The position numbers were made by a program, and so were the translations under genes. The notes beneath the pieces were generated by a model. That model made no database searches. It was not told where the DNA came from and worked only from the letters and a program-made list of their open reading frames with translations. DNA of 63,788 bases, the filler included, from Nemertoderma westbladi (taxonomy: Eukaryota > Animalia > Xenacoelomorpha): assembly GCA_032718475.1 (NCBI GenBank). It is 3 parts of 3 records of this genome, joined end to end, with 100 filler letters (N's around TTAATTAATTAA, not from the genome) between each part and the next. Parts side by side here need not be neighbours in the genome. Positions count along the whole stretch, not along the records: positions 29,669 to 55,417 come from JAUCBJ010002910.1; positions 55,518 to 63,788 come from JAUCBJ010002306.1; 1 more part is not named here. The stretch is one strand, 5' to 3'. Shown here one piece after another: positions 44,901 through 57,480 of this stretch. How positions within the stretch are numbered: position 1 is the stretch's first letter; each line of letters begins with the position of its first letter.

Positions 44901-47728
44901 TGGCCGAGGAGGTGAGTGCAGATACGGTTCGGTATGAACAACAGAACGAGGCCCAGTTAATGGCCGTGGAGGTGAGTGCAGATACGGCTTGGTAGGAACA
45001 ACAGAACGAGGCCCAGTTAATGGCCGTGGAGGTGAGTGCAGATACGGCTTGGTAGGAACAACAGAACGAGGCTCAGTTAATGGCCGTGGAGGTGAGTGCA
45101 GATACGGCTTGGTAGGAACAACAGAACGAGGCCCAGTTAATGGCCGAGGAGGTGAGTGCAGATACGGTTCGGTAGGAACAACAGAACGAGGCCCAGTTAA
45201 TGGCCGTGGAGGTGAGTGCAGATACGGCTTGGTAGGAACAACAGAACGAGGCTCAGTTAATGGCCGTGGAGGTGAGTGCAGATACGGCTTGGTAGGAACA
45301 ACAGAACGAGGCCCAGTTAATGGCCGAGGAGGTGAGTGCAGATACGGTTCGGTAGGAACATCAGAACGAGGCTCAGTTAATGGCCGTGGAGGTGAGTGCA
45401 GATACGGCTTGGTAGGAACAACAGAACGAGGCCCAGTTAATGGCCGTGGAGGTGAGTGCAGATACGGTTCGGTAGGAACAACAGAACGAGGCTCAGTTAA
45501 TGGCCGAGGAGGTGAGTGCAGATACGGTTCGGTAGGAACAACAGAACGAGGCCCAGTTAATGGCCGTGGAGGTGAGTGCAGATACGTCTTGGTAGGAACA
45601 ACAGAACGAGGCCCAGTTAATGGCCGTGGAGGTGAGTGCAGATACGGCTTGGTAGGAACAACAGAACGAGGCCCAGTTAATGGCCGTGGAGGTGAGTGCA
45701 GATACGGCTTGGTAGGAACAACAGAACGAGGCCAAGTTAATGGCCGTGGAGGTGAGTGCAGATACGGCTTGGTAGGAACAACAGAACGAGGCCCAGTTAA
45801 TGGCCGTGGAGGTGAGTGCAGATACGGCTTGGTAGGAACAACAGAACGAGGCCCAGTTAATGGCCGTGGAGGTGAGTGCAGATACGGCTTGGTAGGAACA
45901 ACAGAACGAGGCCCAGTTAATGGCCGTGGAGGTGAGTGCAGATACGGTTCGGTAGGAACAACAGAACGAGGCCCAGTTAATGGCCGTGGAGGGGAGTGCA
46001 GATACGGCTTGGTAGGAACAACAGAACGAGGCCCAGTTAATGGCCGTGGAGGTGAGTGCAGATACGGCTTGGTAGGAACAACAGAACGGGCCCAGTTAAT
46101 GGCCGTGGAGGTGAGTGCAGATACGGCTTGGTAGGAACAACAAAAGGAGGCCCAGTTAATGGCCGTGGAAGTGAGTGTAGATACGGTTCGGTAGGAACAA
46201 TACCGTAGAACGAGGCCCAGTTAATGGCCGTGGAGGTGAGTGCAGATACGGTTCGGTAGGAACTACGGAACGAGGTCCAGTTAATGGCCGTGGAGGGGAG
46301 TGCAGATACGGCTTGGTAGGAACAACAGAACGAGGCCCAGTTAATGGCCGTGGAGGTGAGTGCAGATACGGCTTGGTAGGAACAACAGAACGAGGCCCAG
46401 TTAATGGCCGAGGAGGTGAGTGCAGATACGGCTTGGTAGGAACAACAGAACGAGGCCCAGTTAATGGCCTCGGAGGTGAGTGCAGATACGGCTTGGTAGG
46501 AACAACAGAACGAGGCCCAGTTAATGGCCGAGGAGGTGAGTGCAGATACGGTTCGGTAGGAACAACAGCCCGAGGCCAAGGTGAGTGCGGATAGTTATGG
46601 AGTTACATATTCGGCTACTTTATCACCTCGGAGACAACTAATACAACAACCAATACAATAAGGATATATTGTCGCTTCCAGTCTATTAGCCACCCAGTGT
46701 GAATGACCCACCATTATTATAAATTAACATTCACAGAGAGAACTAGAATATAAATAATAAAATTAAAACAATAAACAATCTCGAATACAATGGGCTCATG
46801 ACAATATCTAAGAATGAAATCGTTTTTAATCTTTAAACAAATTGTTTTATTTTTTTTCCCAGGCCGACAGAAAATTTGAGGAAGTTCAGCGGAAATTGAC
46901 GTTGAATGAGTCATCTTTAGAGCAATCGGAGGAGCGAGCTGAGCAAGTGGAAAGGCGATGTAAAGATCTGGACGAGGAGTTAAAGGTGGTTACTTCCAAC
47001 CTGCGATCGATGGAGGTTTCGATGGAAGAGGCCACGGACAGAGAGATCAAGTTCGAAGAAGATGTTAGGTAGGGTTGATTATAAAATCATATAATCATGT
47101 GCAAAAAATATTTTTTCGATATTTCAAAAAAATTGGTATGTTTTATTAATTTTTAATGAATTTGGTTTAATTTTAAACTAAATTAATTAGGCTAAATTTG
47201 TTTACTTTTCATTCAGTTTAGTTTGGGTTTTTTTGCAGTTATCCATTTCTAACCAAACCAATAAATGTGGCCGAATTGAGCAGCCTTGGTAAAATGGCAG
47301 CGCCTAGTCATTAACATGCAACGATTCAAACGTAATCCTTGCTCAGTTTCACAAACCATAAAGATCAAAATAAAAAAGGTCATGGTGTTTAATCGCCTCG
47401 ATTCACCATCTACATTTACTGTCAATAGATACTGCAGTTAAGCCAATTTGACATGTCTACACCACTTCTGAGACCAATAAATTAAATGTCATAGCATTTA
47501 CACACATTACGTTGTCTATAATAATTTATATAATGAATTTCCCTTCCCAGGTCACTGCGAGAAAAACTTAAGGAAGCTGAAACACGAGCTGAGTTTGCCG
47601 AGCGTACTGTTGTTAAACTGGAAAAGATAGTTGACGAGTTGGAGGATGATGTATGTGCTGAGAAAGAAAGATTCAAGACAGTCAGTGAGGAATTAGATGC
47701 TACATTGGTGGAGGTCGGAGCCATGTAA
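41918..47728 (+). CDS. TPM: Tropomyosin, 288 aa. Exons 41918-42055, 42438-42613, 43530-43698, 46863-47068, 47551-47728
   Basis: [77 protein letters not shown]; intron phases 0,2,0,2 are all compatible. Confidence 0.95.
42185..42370 (-). mobile_element. tRNA-derived SINE-like element in tropomyosin intron 1
   Basis: Reverse-complement B-box (gggatcgaacc) and A-box (ctagacca); related to 18830-19060. Confidence 0.6.
42703..42951. mobile_element. MITE; second copy at 53162-53420
   Basis: aactggacgcaa ... ttgcgtc(c/g)agtttcccc termini; the two copies are highly similar. Confidence 0.8.
43663..46594 (+). repeat. 60-bp tandem array (~48 copies): last 36 nt of tropomyosin exon 3 plus a 24-nt GT...AG segment
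   Basis: Unit gaacaacagaacgaggcccagttaatggccgaggag|gtgagtgcagatacggtttggtag. Confidence 0.97.
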
Positions 47729-48207
47729 ACAGTAACTGTTGGACAAAAATTCGTCTGTGTAACAACGCCAATTGTATTAGAATTACTCGTTTATACGAAT
47801 TACTCTCGTTTTTACGCCACAATTATCTAGTATCATTGTGGACTATTTTAGCTAATTAATCGTTAATGTGTGTAGAAAATTAGATGGCAATGCAATTCTT
47901 TTCATTTTATTTATCTAAATTAATAATAATTAATGTCACGCTTATTAATTTCCATTACACATAACAATCCATTAATATTGATTACAAACGTTCAGGTTAA
48001 AAAAATAGAAAATTGTAAAAAAAAATGAAACAGCCGTGGTTTGCGCTCAATCGTTTTTTACAGTTATATCAGCTGTTATCTTCCAGCTGTAGAGTTAATC
48101 GTTATTTATATTATCATTCTACAAACAATATAATACAAATAAAACATCGAGCAACATCACAAATAATTGTGGTTAGGAATTGAAGAACATAAATAATCCC
48201 AGCAAAT

Positions 48208-49089
48208 TTAATAAACTATCTTCTCCGTTCTAAAGGATATCTGGGGATCCTCAATGTCCCGTTTTGATTGGATGAGTCTGAGCTCCCAGTCTGTAGTGCT
48301 GGCTTTAGGTTTCGTTGCAGCGAACTCTACCGTGCGTCGCATCACACACTGGACCGACGCTAAAGCCGTCTCGCATGCCAGCCCCAGGTTGTCGGGGTGT
48401 TTGGTGAACCACGCCAGAAGGAGGGCGCTAAACAAATCTCCTAGACCAGTGACGTGACCATCAAGGTGAGGAAAGCGAATCCGAAACCTGTTCCCTTCTT
48501 GGGATGCCAACAACTCAAGATCTGCGTCGTCTTCAAATCGAGCACTGGTCAATATTATTACAGTAACTCCTAATTTATGAATAGAATCCATTGCTTTGAA
48601 AGCGTCGCATTCGTTTGTAATACGCGAGTTACTTAGCTGTTCCAATTCAAAAAGATTTGGGGTTATAATGTCTGCGAATGGGAGGATTTCATCCCGGTAA
48701 ATACGTGATAATTGAGGGTCAACGTAGAATCTACCCCTGTCGCCCATGACGGGGTCGCACAAGTATATGAGTTCGCCGTTTAGTTTTTTGAGTTCTCCGA
48801 GGAGCGTAGCGACCCCTCGGAGGAATTCCGGCGAGTTTGCAAATCCCGTGAGTACATGCGAGTAGCGGAGGAGGCGGTTGTCACGGAGACCTTCCACGAT
48901 TGAGTTCAGGTCGTCGGCGGTGAGTTTGTGGCCTCGGAATCCGTCCGGGTATCCCGTGTGGTTGGACAGTTGGACAGAGTTGAGGTTGTCCACGGGGAAT
49001 CCCAACAGCTGCAACGGGAACACAGAGGCTTTGTTGCCAACGTAACCAAATACCACGTGACTTTGTATGGAGAGTACCCTCGATTCCAT
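48208..49089 (-). CDS. PDXK: Pyridoxal kinase, intronless
   Basis: RVLSIQSHVVFGYVGN, SNHTGY, CDPVMGD, ITPNLFE, GDLFSALLLAW, ELRLIQSK. Confidence 0.96.
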   Translation of the reverse strand: MESRVLSIQSHVVFGYVGNKASVFPLQLLGFPVDNLNSVQLSNHTGYPDGFRGHKLTADDLNSIVEGLRDNRLLRYSHVLTGFANSPEFLRGVATLLGELKKLNGELIYLCDPVMGDRGRFYVDPQLSRIYRDEILPFADIITPNLFELEQLSNSRITNECDAFKAMDSIHKLGVTVIILTSARFEDDADLELLASQEGNRFRIRFPHLDGHVTGLGDLFSALLLAWFTKHPDNLGLACETALASVQCVMRRTVEFAATKPKASTTDWELRLIQSKRDIEDPQISFRTEKIVY

Positions 49090-50287
49090 CGGGGCGATAA
49101 AACTCGTTACTAGGATACGTGTCCAAAAATATTAAAGAAAAAAATAAATTAAAGTTAAGTTGAATTCTAGGGTGGCACTACCAGTTTATATCCTATATCT
49201 ATATTATTCCAGAACGTCGGCTCGTAATTGCTACAAACGCAGAAACACTAATTACTTTTGCACGGCGCGTTATGCAGTTTAGTAAAAGGAACCAAAATAA
49301 ATAAAAGAAAGTTAGCAGTTGGTACAATATTATGAACTATGTAGGTTAGTAAAGGGTTATGTGATTGCCTGAGGAGTGGTGAGCTGAGCTGGCATAATGA
49401 GCGGAAAGGGTTCTGTCGTTGATGTAGACCTGGGAGTTTGGGGGGGTTGAGTTCAAACAATCAACACCGGTACCTCAACTCGTTAAGGTTGTCTCGTGAT
49501 GTGAGTCATTCATTGGCATAAGAGATTGCTTCGAAGTCTACTTGTCCGACAATAGGCTAAATGTTTGTGAAAGACATTGCATGTTAAAAGCAACTAATCG
49601 TATTGTTATTATTTCTACATTATGGCTCAGATTTTTACGTTTTGCCGTAGTAAAAAAGTATCACCATCAAAATACAAATGAATACCGGTAATCAATTCAA
49701 GTTGCCATAATGTAGTGAAGCACAACGTTTAATAAACAATAAAAGTGGAAACAATTTGAAAAGTGAGAATCCAGTAGCTTATAGGACACAGCAAATGAGT
49801 TAGGCTCTTTACCGGTACAGCAGGCAAACTGCAGATCACTAGGTACTAATTAGTTTCATTTTCCAGTTCATCTGTATATTGTTAGGTCCGGTTGCAATGG
49901 TAGAGCTATTGGAGTCATTATGTAAATCAGTTGGTGAGTAGAAAGTAAAGTATTGGAGTACCGCTGGGCGTTGGGCTACCGGTACATAATAAAAAGCTGT
50001 TACGGGTACCGGTCGTATATAACTTTACAGTGGAATCAATATGTTTGTAGGCCTAAACAATTTCGGAAATTTTAACTCGTTTAAACCTACCGGTATCAAA
50101 ATAATTGCTGCTTATTTACAAAATACATAATAATACATTTTGCCAATTTATAGAACGTAATAAATTTCTAAATTAAAATTCTACAATCTCGTAAATGCAG
50201 TTCTTAGCTGCTCCTTCATAAACGAATTGAGTAACTGAAAACTGAAATACAAAACTCTGCTTTATGTACAGGAAGCCGTCGACTTGA

Positions 50288-51031
50288 TTACGGCTTTCTC
50301 TTTTCAATTTCCTCGACATTCGTATCAAACGCGCTACTGATGCGCTCCTCTATGGTAGCTGGACGTCCATCTACGTGTCGCGTCTGCGTCGAGCTCAACG
50401 CCTCCCTGGACTGCGCCACATCCTTCATGGCGATTCGTTTACTCCGCTCACTAGGATTCCCTCTTATAAACTCGTGATCCAACGACATAAAATGCCGGTA
50501 GTGTTTAACTAAATCGACGACCGAGTTCGGTGGCAGGCCGTACTGTTTGGATAATTTACTGGGGGTGGACTCCTTGGGATTCCGCTGGAAGTCCATTACC
50601 AGCTGGAGGAGCGCGGACAGTGGTAACTGCCCCTTTGGGACGCCACGATCCGGCCCAACTATATCGACGTAGTTCGCAAATTTCCGAACACCCACCGGCT
50701 TGTTCTTACGCTGGGCAATTTTCTCAGTTACGGATTTAATCCCTTTGTATTTGTCCATGTCGGCGGTTAGCGCTGTAGCTTTGTCTGTTGTTTCGACTGA
50801 TTTTCTGCTGGTTTCTAATGATCCCTCAGTTATTCCCATGCGTTGCATGTTCGACAATAAAGCGTCATGCTTCTCTTGGCCTCTCCTTGCGTTACCCAAC
50901 AGTTCTGGGCGTTCGGCCATCAGTTTATCGTAGAGTTTGGCCTGCGTGGCATGGCGTGGGGAGTGGCCGACACCCTTCTTTTTCAGCTGCTTCTGAGCGC
51001 GCGATATATCTTTGCCCAAACGTTGGCCCAT
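50288..51031 (-). CDS. NDUFAF4: NADH:ubiquinone oxidoreductase assembly factor 4-like, intronless
   Basis: N-terminal MG, SPRH, VPKGQLPLSALLQL...P...TPSKLSKQYGL...LVKHY match the recalled NDUFAF4 pattern. Confidence 0.75.
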   Translation of the reverse strand: MGQRLGKDISRAQKQLKKKGVGHSPRHATQAKLYDKLMAERPELLGNARRGQEKHDALLSNMQRMGITEGSLETSRKSVETTDKATALTADMDKYKGIKSVTEKIAQRKNKPVGVRKFANYVDIVGPDRGVPKGQLPLSALLQLVMDFQRNPKESTPSKLSKQYGLPPNSVVDLVKHYRHFMSLDHEFIRGNPSERSKRIAMKDVAQSREALSSTQTRHVDGRPATIEERISSAFDTNVEEIEKRKP

Positions 51032-54000
51032 AATTTCTGGGCTCCTGTCAGGTCAGGTAGTCTGACGGTCTGGCGGTACTGCTGTACTGGTACCAATGTA
51101 CCAGGTGCAGGTACAACTACAAGTTCTGAAGTTGGTTCCACTCCGCTGCAATGCGTTTACGTTGGTACCGGTACCTACCAGCCTAGTGCCTACTGCGGCT
51201 GATGGAGAGTGTATGTTTTCCTATAGCTGTAGGTATATAACAGAGGAGCAGAGCAGAGAGAAAATCAGTCAGTAAGTAAAGAAAGATGAATTGAATTATA
51301 GACAAGCAAGTCTAAGTACTGAAGTTGGAATTAGTACCTGTACTCTCAGACGGTACTTGTTATAGAGTAGCAGACCTTACTGCCTTACGCTTAGACCGCC
51401 TAGGTGCCTATTAAATTCACTTCTGCACTTCAGCTCTTCACCGTCCCCACTTCCTATTCTCCAAATCAATAACCTCTACCAGTCTACACTACTAACTAAT
51501 AACTTAATCAGTTAGGCTAATGCTGTAATGTCTGAATGTCTACTGGTCTAAAGCTGTACAGCATTTCGGCACGTTACGCTACAACAGCATTATGTTGTAA
51601 AGTTGTAGTTCGTAGCCGTAGCTACTGAGCTACAGCTGTCGCTGTCTGGCTGTAGTGTTAGCAGGTTAGAGGTAAGAGCCTACAATTATTATAAATATTT
51701 ATGTACGGTACCGGTATTGCATATTGCTGTATTACACACTTCAGCACAAGCAGTGTGAAACCGCACCTTTCAGCCTTTCTCTCACACTTAGGTACTTACC
51801 CGCTTCCTTACGGTAGGCCTACGTAGTTCGTAATTTTTGGCAACGTGTAGCATCGACATCGATCAATCAATAGGACAATACTGTCACTGGGTGTCACTTT
51901 AACTGAATGCTGGAATGAGTACTGGAGTATGGAGTAACGAGAACACTGCACACTGCAATCTGGCAATACCGGTACCAGAATTGCGTGGGCCTACTACCTG
52001 ACTACTGTCAGACTGTACTACACTACAGTATGTAATTCAAATTTCCCACCACAGATTGCAGATTAATATGCAGGTTACATTATAAATCCACGGTTAGAGA
52101 ACAAAGTAGCGATGCACTACTGGGTGCAAAATCGGCAGATCCAGAAAAAAAGAAGCCCCAAGGCCAAATCACGCTTATTATTAATTTCGACGAAGTTCTC
52201 AAGGTTCCATTTTCTCTCAACTCTCAAGTCCAAGAAGCTGACCAAGATAGCACCTCATTCTTATGTCTATGTGCGTTGGATATCCAACAGTGTGTATACC
52301 TTAAATGTGCACATTTGTGTACTGTACATAGCTAAATCTATCCAGGGACATAATGTACTCAACAAAGACCAGTAATGACTGCAAGAAAACATCCCAGGCC
52401 TCATTGCTCATTGGTATTGCTGTTTTGTGTTTCCTTACAGGGATAGTACTTTTGCTGTATATTTTACATCAGTTACACCCTTTTCATCTAACTTTGATAA
52501 GCTAGTCTTATTATCATCATTAGTTAAAATCCACAGGGACAATTAAGGCCACCAAAACGATACTGCGATTGGTACATAATTGAAAAGTTACAACCATCTG
52601 GCAGATACATATATTTTTACTTTTAACAACAAGAGCAGTATGAGCTGGTGTCTCTAAAATGCACATCTAAGATCTACATGTAACACAGGGATATTGACAT
52701 AAGGTCAAATATATAGAACTTATTGTTCATACAGTATAACCCATCACCATATTAATACATCTAATGCGTTCAATGTTCGCCACTATATGAATATTTTTTA
52801 TACAATACAATACAAACATCAAATTTTACATTTGTGTAGTTGGAGTACATCTGAGTGAATAAAAAAGGGATTGACATGACCTAACTACTACAGTACTGTA
52901 GTAGGTCATGGTCAAGGGATAAGGCTACTATTTAACTACTACCTATTTAAGAAAACATAATTCCATATTTCTGGCACATAATTTCCTAATTTTCATCCAC
53001 CCCGCACATTCAGCTGGAATTTAGGACCGCGGCGCAAAATAGTGTGCAGGTGTAATTTAATTGGCATTTTGAAATTTTGAGAGTTTATAGGAAAGTATAT
53101 GCCAGTTTTATTGTAAATGAGCAAGTTTAATGTTGCATTGCCATTACAGTATCCGCCACACAGATAGGGAGGGGGAGGGGGTGGGGGAGGGGGGGGGGGG
53201 AACTGGACGCAATAAAAATTCATCCCTCTCCAGGGGAAAATCGACACAATAACAGCTGATTACTCTCAAAAATAAAACTGTAACCTGTTCTATTGTGTTT
53301 AGTTATTGTTTTGGTTAAAGTAACGTGCCACTGTAACCTGCTCCTTTACCTTAATTTGAGAATTTAACATTGAGGCGGGATAGTAATTCGCCAAGATGGG
53401 CTTTGCGTCCAGTTTCCCCTCCCCAACCCCCCCCCCCCCCCCCCCCCCCCACCCGTCTCCCACCACATTATGAAAAATTCCCTACTTTAATTCAACTACA
53501 ATTTCATTGAAATGAATGTCTGAAGTAAAATATATGCATTACTCTAAAAAATAAATTATCCAGAATATTTTTAACGTGATTAGCGAATAATGCAGTTGGC
53601 GGAAGTCCAATAATGTCTAGAAAGTCATGAAAAGGTGTAAGTGCCGTTAATGATTAATTTTCCGATCTTAAAAACCACACACTACAATAGTTTAGGCCTA
53701 AATAGGAATTAAAAGTAAACATTTGAAAACATTTCACTGAATTTTATATTTTATTTGTAAAAACAATCCTAATTTCCAGAACGCTGGCTTCAATACAGTA
53801 TGTTTATGCAGTAGTCCTACATTTGTGACTTATTGAATTTGAGATGCTGTATTATAATGCAGCTTTACTGTATGTGTGTGGATAAAGCTGGGCCTTTCCT
53901 AGTCTTCTCCTGTTAGAATACCTACTACTGTAGGTCTACTACAACTTGTTTCGTTTTTTATACAAAGAAAAAGACATTCAAATCGTCAAATGTTATTATC

Positions 54001-54071
54001 ATTCTAAACTGCAATAATTGAAGTGTTATCGCCCCAAGTACTGTATGTACGTTAACATTTCCATTCATATC

Positions 54072-55417
54072 TTAAACCTTTGTCTCTGAAGCGATATTTG
54101 TATCCAATTGCAGTTCTTCCTTTTCCGTTCCAGACACATCCGTGCCGTTAGTCTTTACTCTTAAGATATCAAACTTATCAGGTATGATGGCGCGTTCAAA
54201 CAATATATTCGTAGCGTATGACACAGTTACTATAGTAAGTAATGATGATACCATAGCTAGAGTACGAAATGGAAATAATTGCTCGTCGTTTCTGTAGAAA
54301 GGGAATTGGATTAAGGGAGGTAGTCCAAGCGTTGGTTCACCGCCACTCACTCTAAGGAAGAGACCCATTGCGTAACCACAAAGCGCCCCGTAAGAGTTAG
54401 TCATCTTACAGTAGATAACGCAGACCAATTGGGGGAAGAGAATGCAGTAGACCAGATCGGAACACAGAAACCACAACTCGTAGATCGAATGAACGTAGAT
54501 CGCGATCACTGCCCCAATGGTACCGATCACTACGATCGAAATCCGCATCACGAGAATCGTCTCGAATTCTGAGGCCGTGGGTCGGAACACCCCGTGTATA
54601 TATTATGCGCGAACATGGAGCTGGCGGACAGAACACTGGAGTCAGCGCTGCTCATTACCGCGGCGGAGACCGCGCCCAACCCTATGAACTGCACCGCGGT
54701 AGGTGTTAGGTACTGCAGCACCAAAGGAAGTATCAGTTTGCGTTCGTCCTCACCTACGGGGGGATGTCCGTACGTTGTGTTCGCCAATCTGTATTAGCAG
54801 CGATTGCTCCAATCAGAACTGCTGGAATTACTAGTATTATACAACCAATAGAGGCTGCAAAGGAGAGCATTTGTGCATATTGGGGTGATCTGCTAGTAGA
54901 ACCCGTTGGAAATAGGCCTGCCATGGAATACCGCCGAATATTAACAAGAGAGCGAAGTCGATCCACTGGCCAGTGTAATCGCTATCCCATTGGCCCATCC
55001 ACAAATCCCGCCCTTCCGAAATATCAGAAACCAAATCATTGGTCATCGCGAAAGGAACGCAAATCCACAAACCAAAGAAAATAAAGAACAGCTGAATGAC
55101 ATCGGTGTAAGCAACGGAGTACAGCCCCCCGACGAGAGTGTAACCCACAGCAACGCACGCGGATATAACGATGCTCAACACGTTGCTAATGTCTAGAATC
55201 ACGCGTAGACAGGCCCCCAGCGCTCCGAGAATCGCCGCGGACCAAAATATCTCCCCGCAGAGCGCCGGTAGATACATGAGACTGCCGACGCGGGAACCGA
55301 ACTTCTCCTGGAATGGATCCAACATCGTTATGTAACCTCGACTTCTCATAACCCTCGCGAATAACAACCCCGCTAGAGCCAGACTCAGCGAGTACCCCCA
55401 GGGCGCCTGTGCCCAAA
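54072..55417 (-). CDS. SLC5A7: High-affinity choline transporter; 5' part lost at the gap; three single-base deletions (~54895, ~54784, ~54591); no introns in the visible part
   Basis: [79 protein letters not shown]. Confidence 0.93.
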
Positions 55418-55517
55418 NNNNNNNNNNNNNNNNNNNNNNNNNNNNNNNNNNNNNNNNNNNNTTAATTAATTAANNNNNNNNNNNNNNNNNNNNNNNNNNN
55501 NNNNNNNNNNNNNNNNN
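55418..55517. other. Artificial contig linker
   Basis: N44-TTAATTAATTAA-N44. Confidence 0.97.
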
Positions 55518-56389
55518 TTCAAATATATCAATTGATTGTGTCACCTTGTTTCTTGCGTTATACGGGTTTATGAGGGTCCTGAATTCGATGGAATCAATAA
55601 AAACATCTGTACGTTTTGGTGAACGGTACGAAATTTGGTGCTAGCCCCAAAATTTGCCATATTACGCCGAAAAATACGATTCACTATGATCTGGCAACTG
55701 GCAAGGTATTCCCTTTGAATCAGCGCCCCAGAAAACTTAAAAATGTGAATTTATAGCGTCGTATAAGTGAATTAAAAATATTGTGTTCAATGTGAAAAGT
55801 GCTGGTTACTTGTTTTTTTCATTTTTTTTGCCTACGTAGAGGACTAAAACAGCCATTTATACAAATCAGTTTATTTTTAAATATTATCCAATGAATTTTA
55901 CGCACCACCAGAAAACCTGTATTGAAAAACAATTAGCCGCAAATTGTTACTTAAAAATGTTATGAAAATTGTTCACAACTTGTAATTTTGGTTCTGCAAA
56001 ATAACCACCCCAGTACTTTTTATCAAAATTTATTTTTTTCGATCGGATCCAAACTAGTGAAATCTGCGTACAAACAAAAAATCAGACGTTTTCGTGTGTC
56101 AATATCACCCCCCCCCCCCCCCCCCCCCCCCGGTATTTGTACGACATTTTATAGCCCGGTACTAATGGGATTAAAACATGATGTAGAATTGAGTAGAGTG
56201 ATTGTTTTTCGAGATATGCTAACTTTGTATTTTGCACAGGCAGTGTAAAAGCACTGACATTTTTGCAGGTTTAATTACGACCGACTCGATGAAAAGAGTA
56301 ACAACTAACACAATTATAGGTCCTCAGTGTTTCGTTCCGCCTATTCAAATACTAACAACGAGTTTTTGACGTCGACGGTATAGAGATAC

Positions 56390-57480
56390 ACATCTACTAC
56401 TCACTTACTATATGAACCTGCATTAACTCCAAGGCCGTTTTACAAAACACCCACTCCTTTTCGGAAATGGTTTCAACAATATTTGTGAAGCGATTTCTCC
56501 GAATGGGTAACTGAACTTCAAGATTATTTAAGTTTAAATGCCAAGAATCGAATGGAACGAATAGAAGGTTAAAACGAGAGCCTACGTCATACTTAGAACT
56601 AATTATGCAATAAAAGGCCACGTCTAAGCTATTTCTCAACGAAATTATGATCTTCTTACGTATTTTAGGTATATTTGACACGTAATACAATAATTGGGTA
56701 GCAGCTATCGAAAGAGGAGCCTTCGGGTCGCCTCCGGCTTCGACCGACTGTTTGCTTGCTTGATTTCATTGGTTTAGCTTGTTTTCTTGAATCTAACAAC
56801 ATATGGGCATTTGAAAGTTGCATAGTTTTGCATCTGCAAAACTCTATTCTAATAAACTCGACCGAATAAACCAATTCTATCTTAAAATGAGGCCTGCTCA
56901 ATGCTCATCACTATACATTCTAGAATACCTCGATCAGCGCTGATATAATAACTCACGTTTTCAAGTATTTTCCGGTGTTTTATTTTCTGTTATTCCGGTA
57001 TATTTAATGCCATCGATTTTCTGGTATTCACTGAAGTTCTGGATCTGAACTTATCACATACTTGTGTTGTGACCAGTCTGTTGGTCAGAATCCTTGATAA
57101 TTTTCATGATCCAGGTATTCCGTCGCGCTGATATTTTTGCGAATAGTTGATATGAGAACCTGTGAGCTGTGAGGCCGACCAAGGCTGACACGTTTAAAGG
57201 GTGCGTACTTTCCGCCATTATCGTTTTAAGTTTTATTATTAAGGTTTATTATATTAGTTTTAATAAATGAATTTTTATAAAACTATGGCCCTTCCCCACC
57301 CACTGTTTCACAACAGTACCTGAATGAAAATATATCGTCGATAAATGGCCGAGACGTGGCCAGGCCATTCATTGCATAATTAGTTATATGTAATAAGAAG
57401 GATCTTTCAGCTTCCATTCGTTCCATTCGATTACTGACATTTATACCTATAAACTTCATCTTCACCTAGTTTTCTTAGAA
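56390..57480. mobile_element. Highly decayed retroelement fragments, possibly Penelope-like
   Basis: YFRYI remnant near 56660 (+), FIDDIF near 57335 (-), degenerate hammerhead-like ctgtgaggccgaccaaggctgacacg at about 57167. Confidence 0.35.

Noticed and set aside
43716-46594. Repetitive ORFs ([18 protein letters not shown])n as a protein
   Set aside because: Alternative frame of the intronic 60-bp array with non-ATG starts; the unit derives from tropomyosin exon 3 in a different frame.
48208-55417. Trans-spliced operon SLC5A7-NDUFAF4-PDXK
   Set aside because: Same strand, but spacings are 1.2 and 3 kb and there is no direct evidence of SL acceptors; untestable without transcripts.
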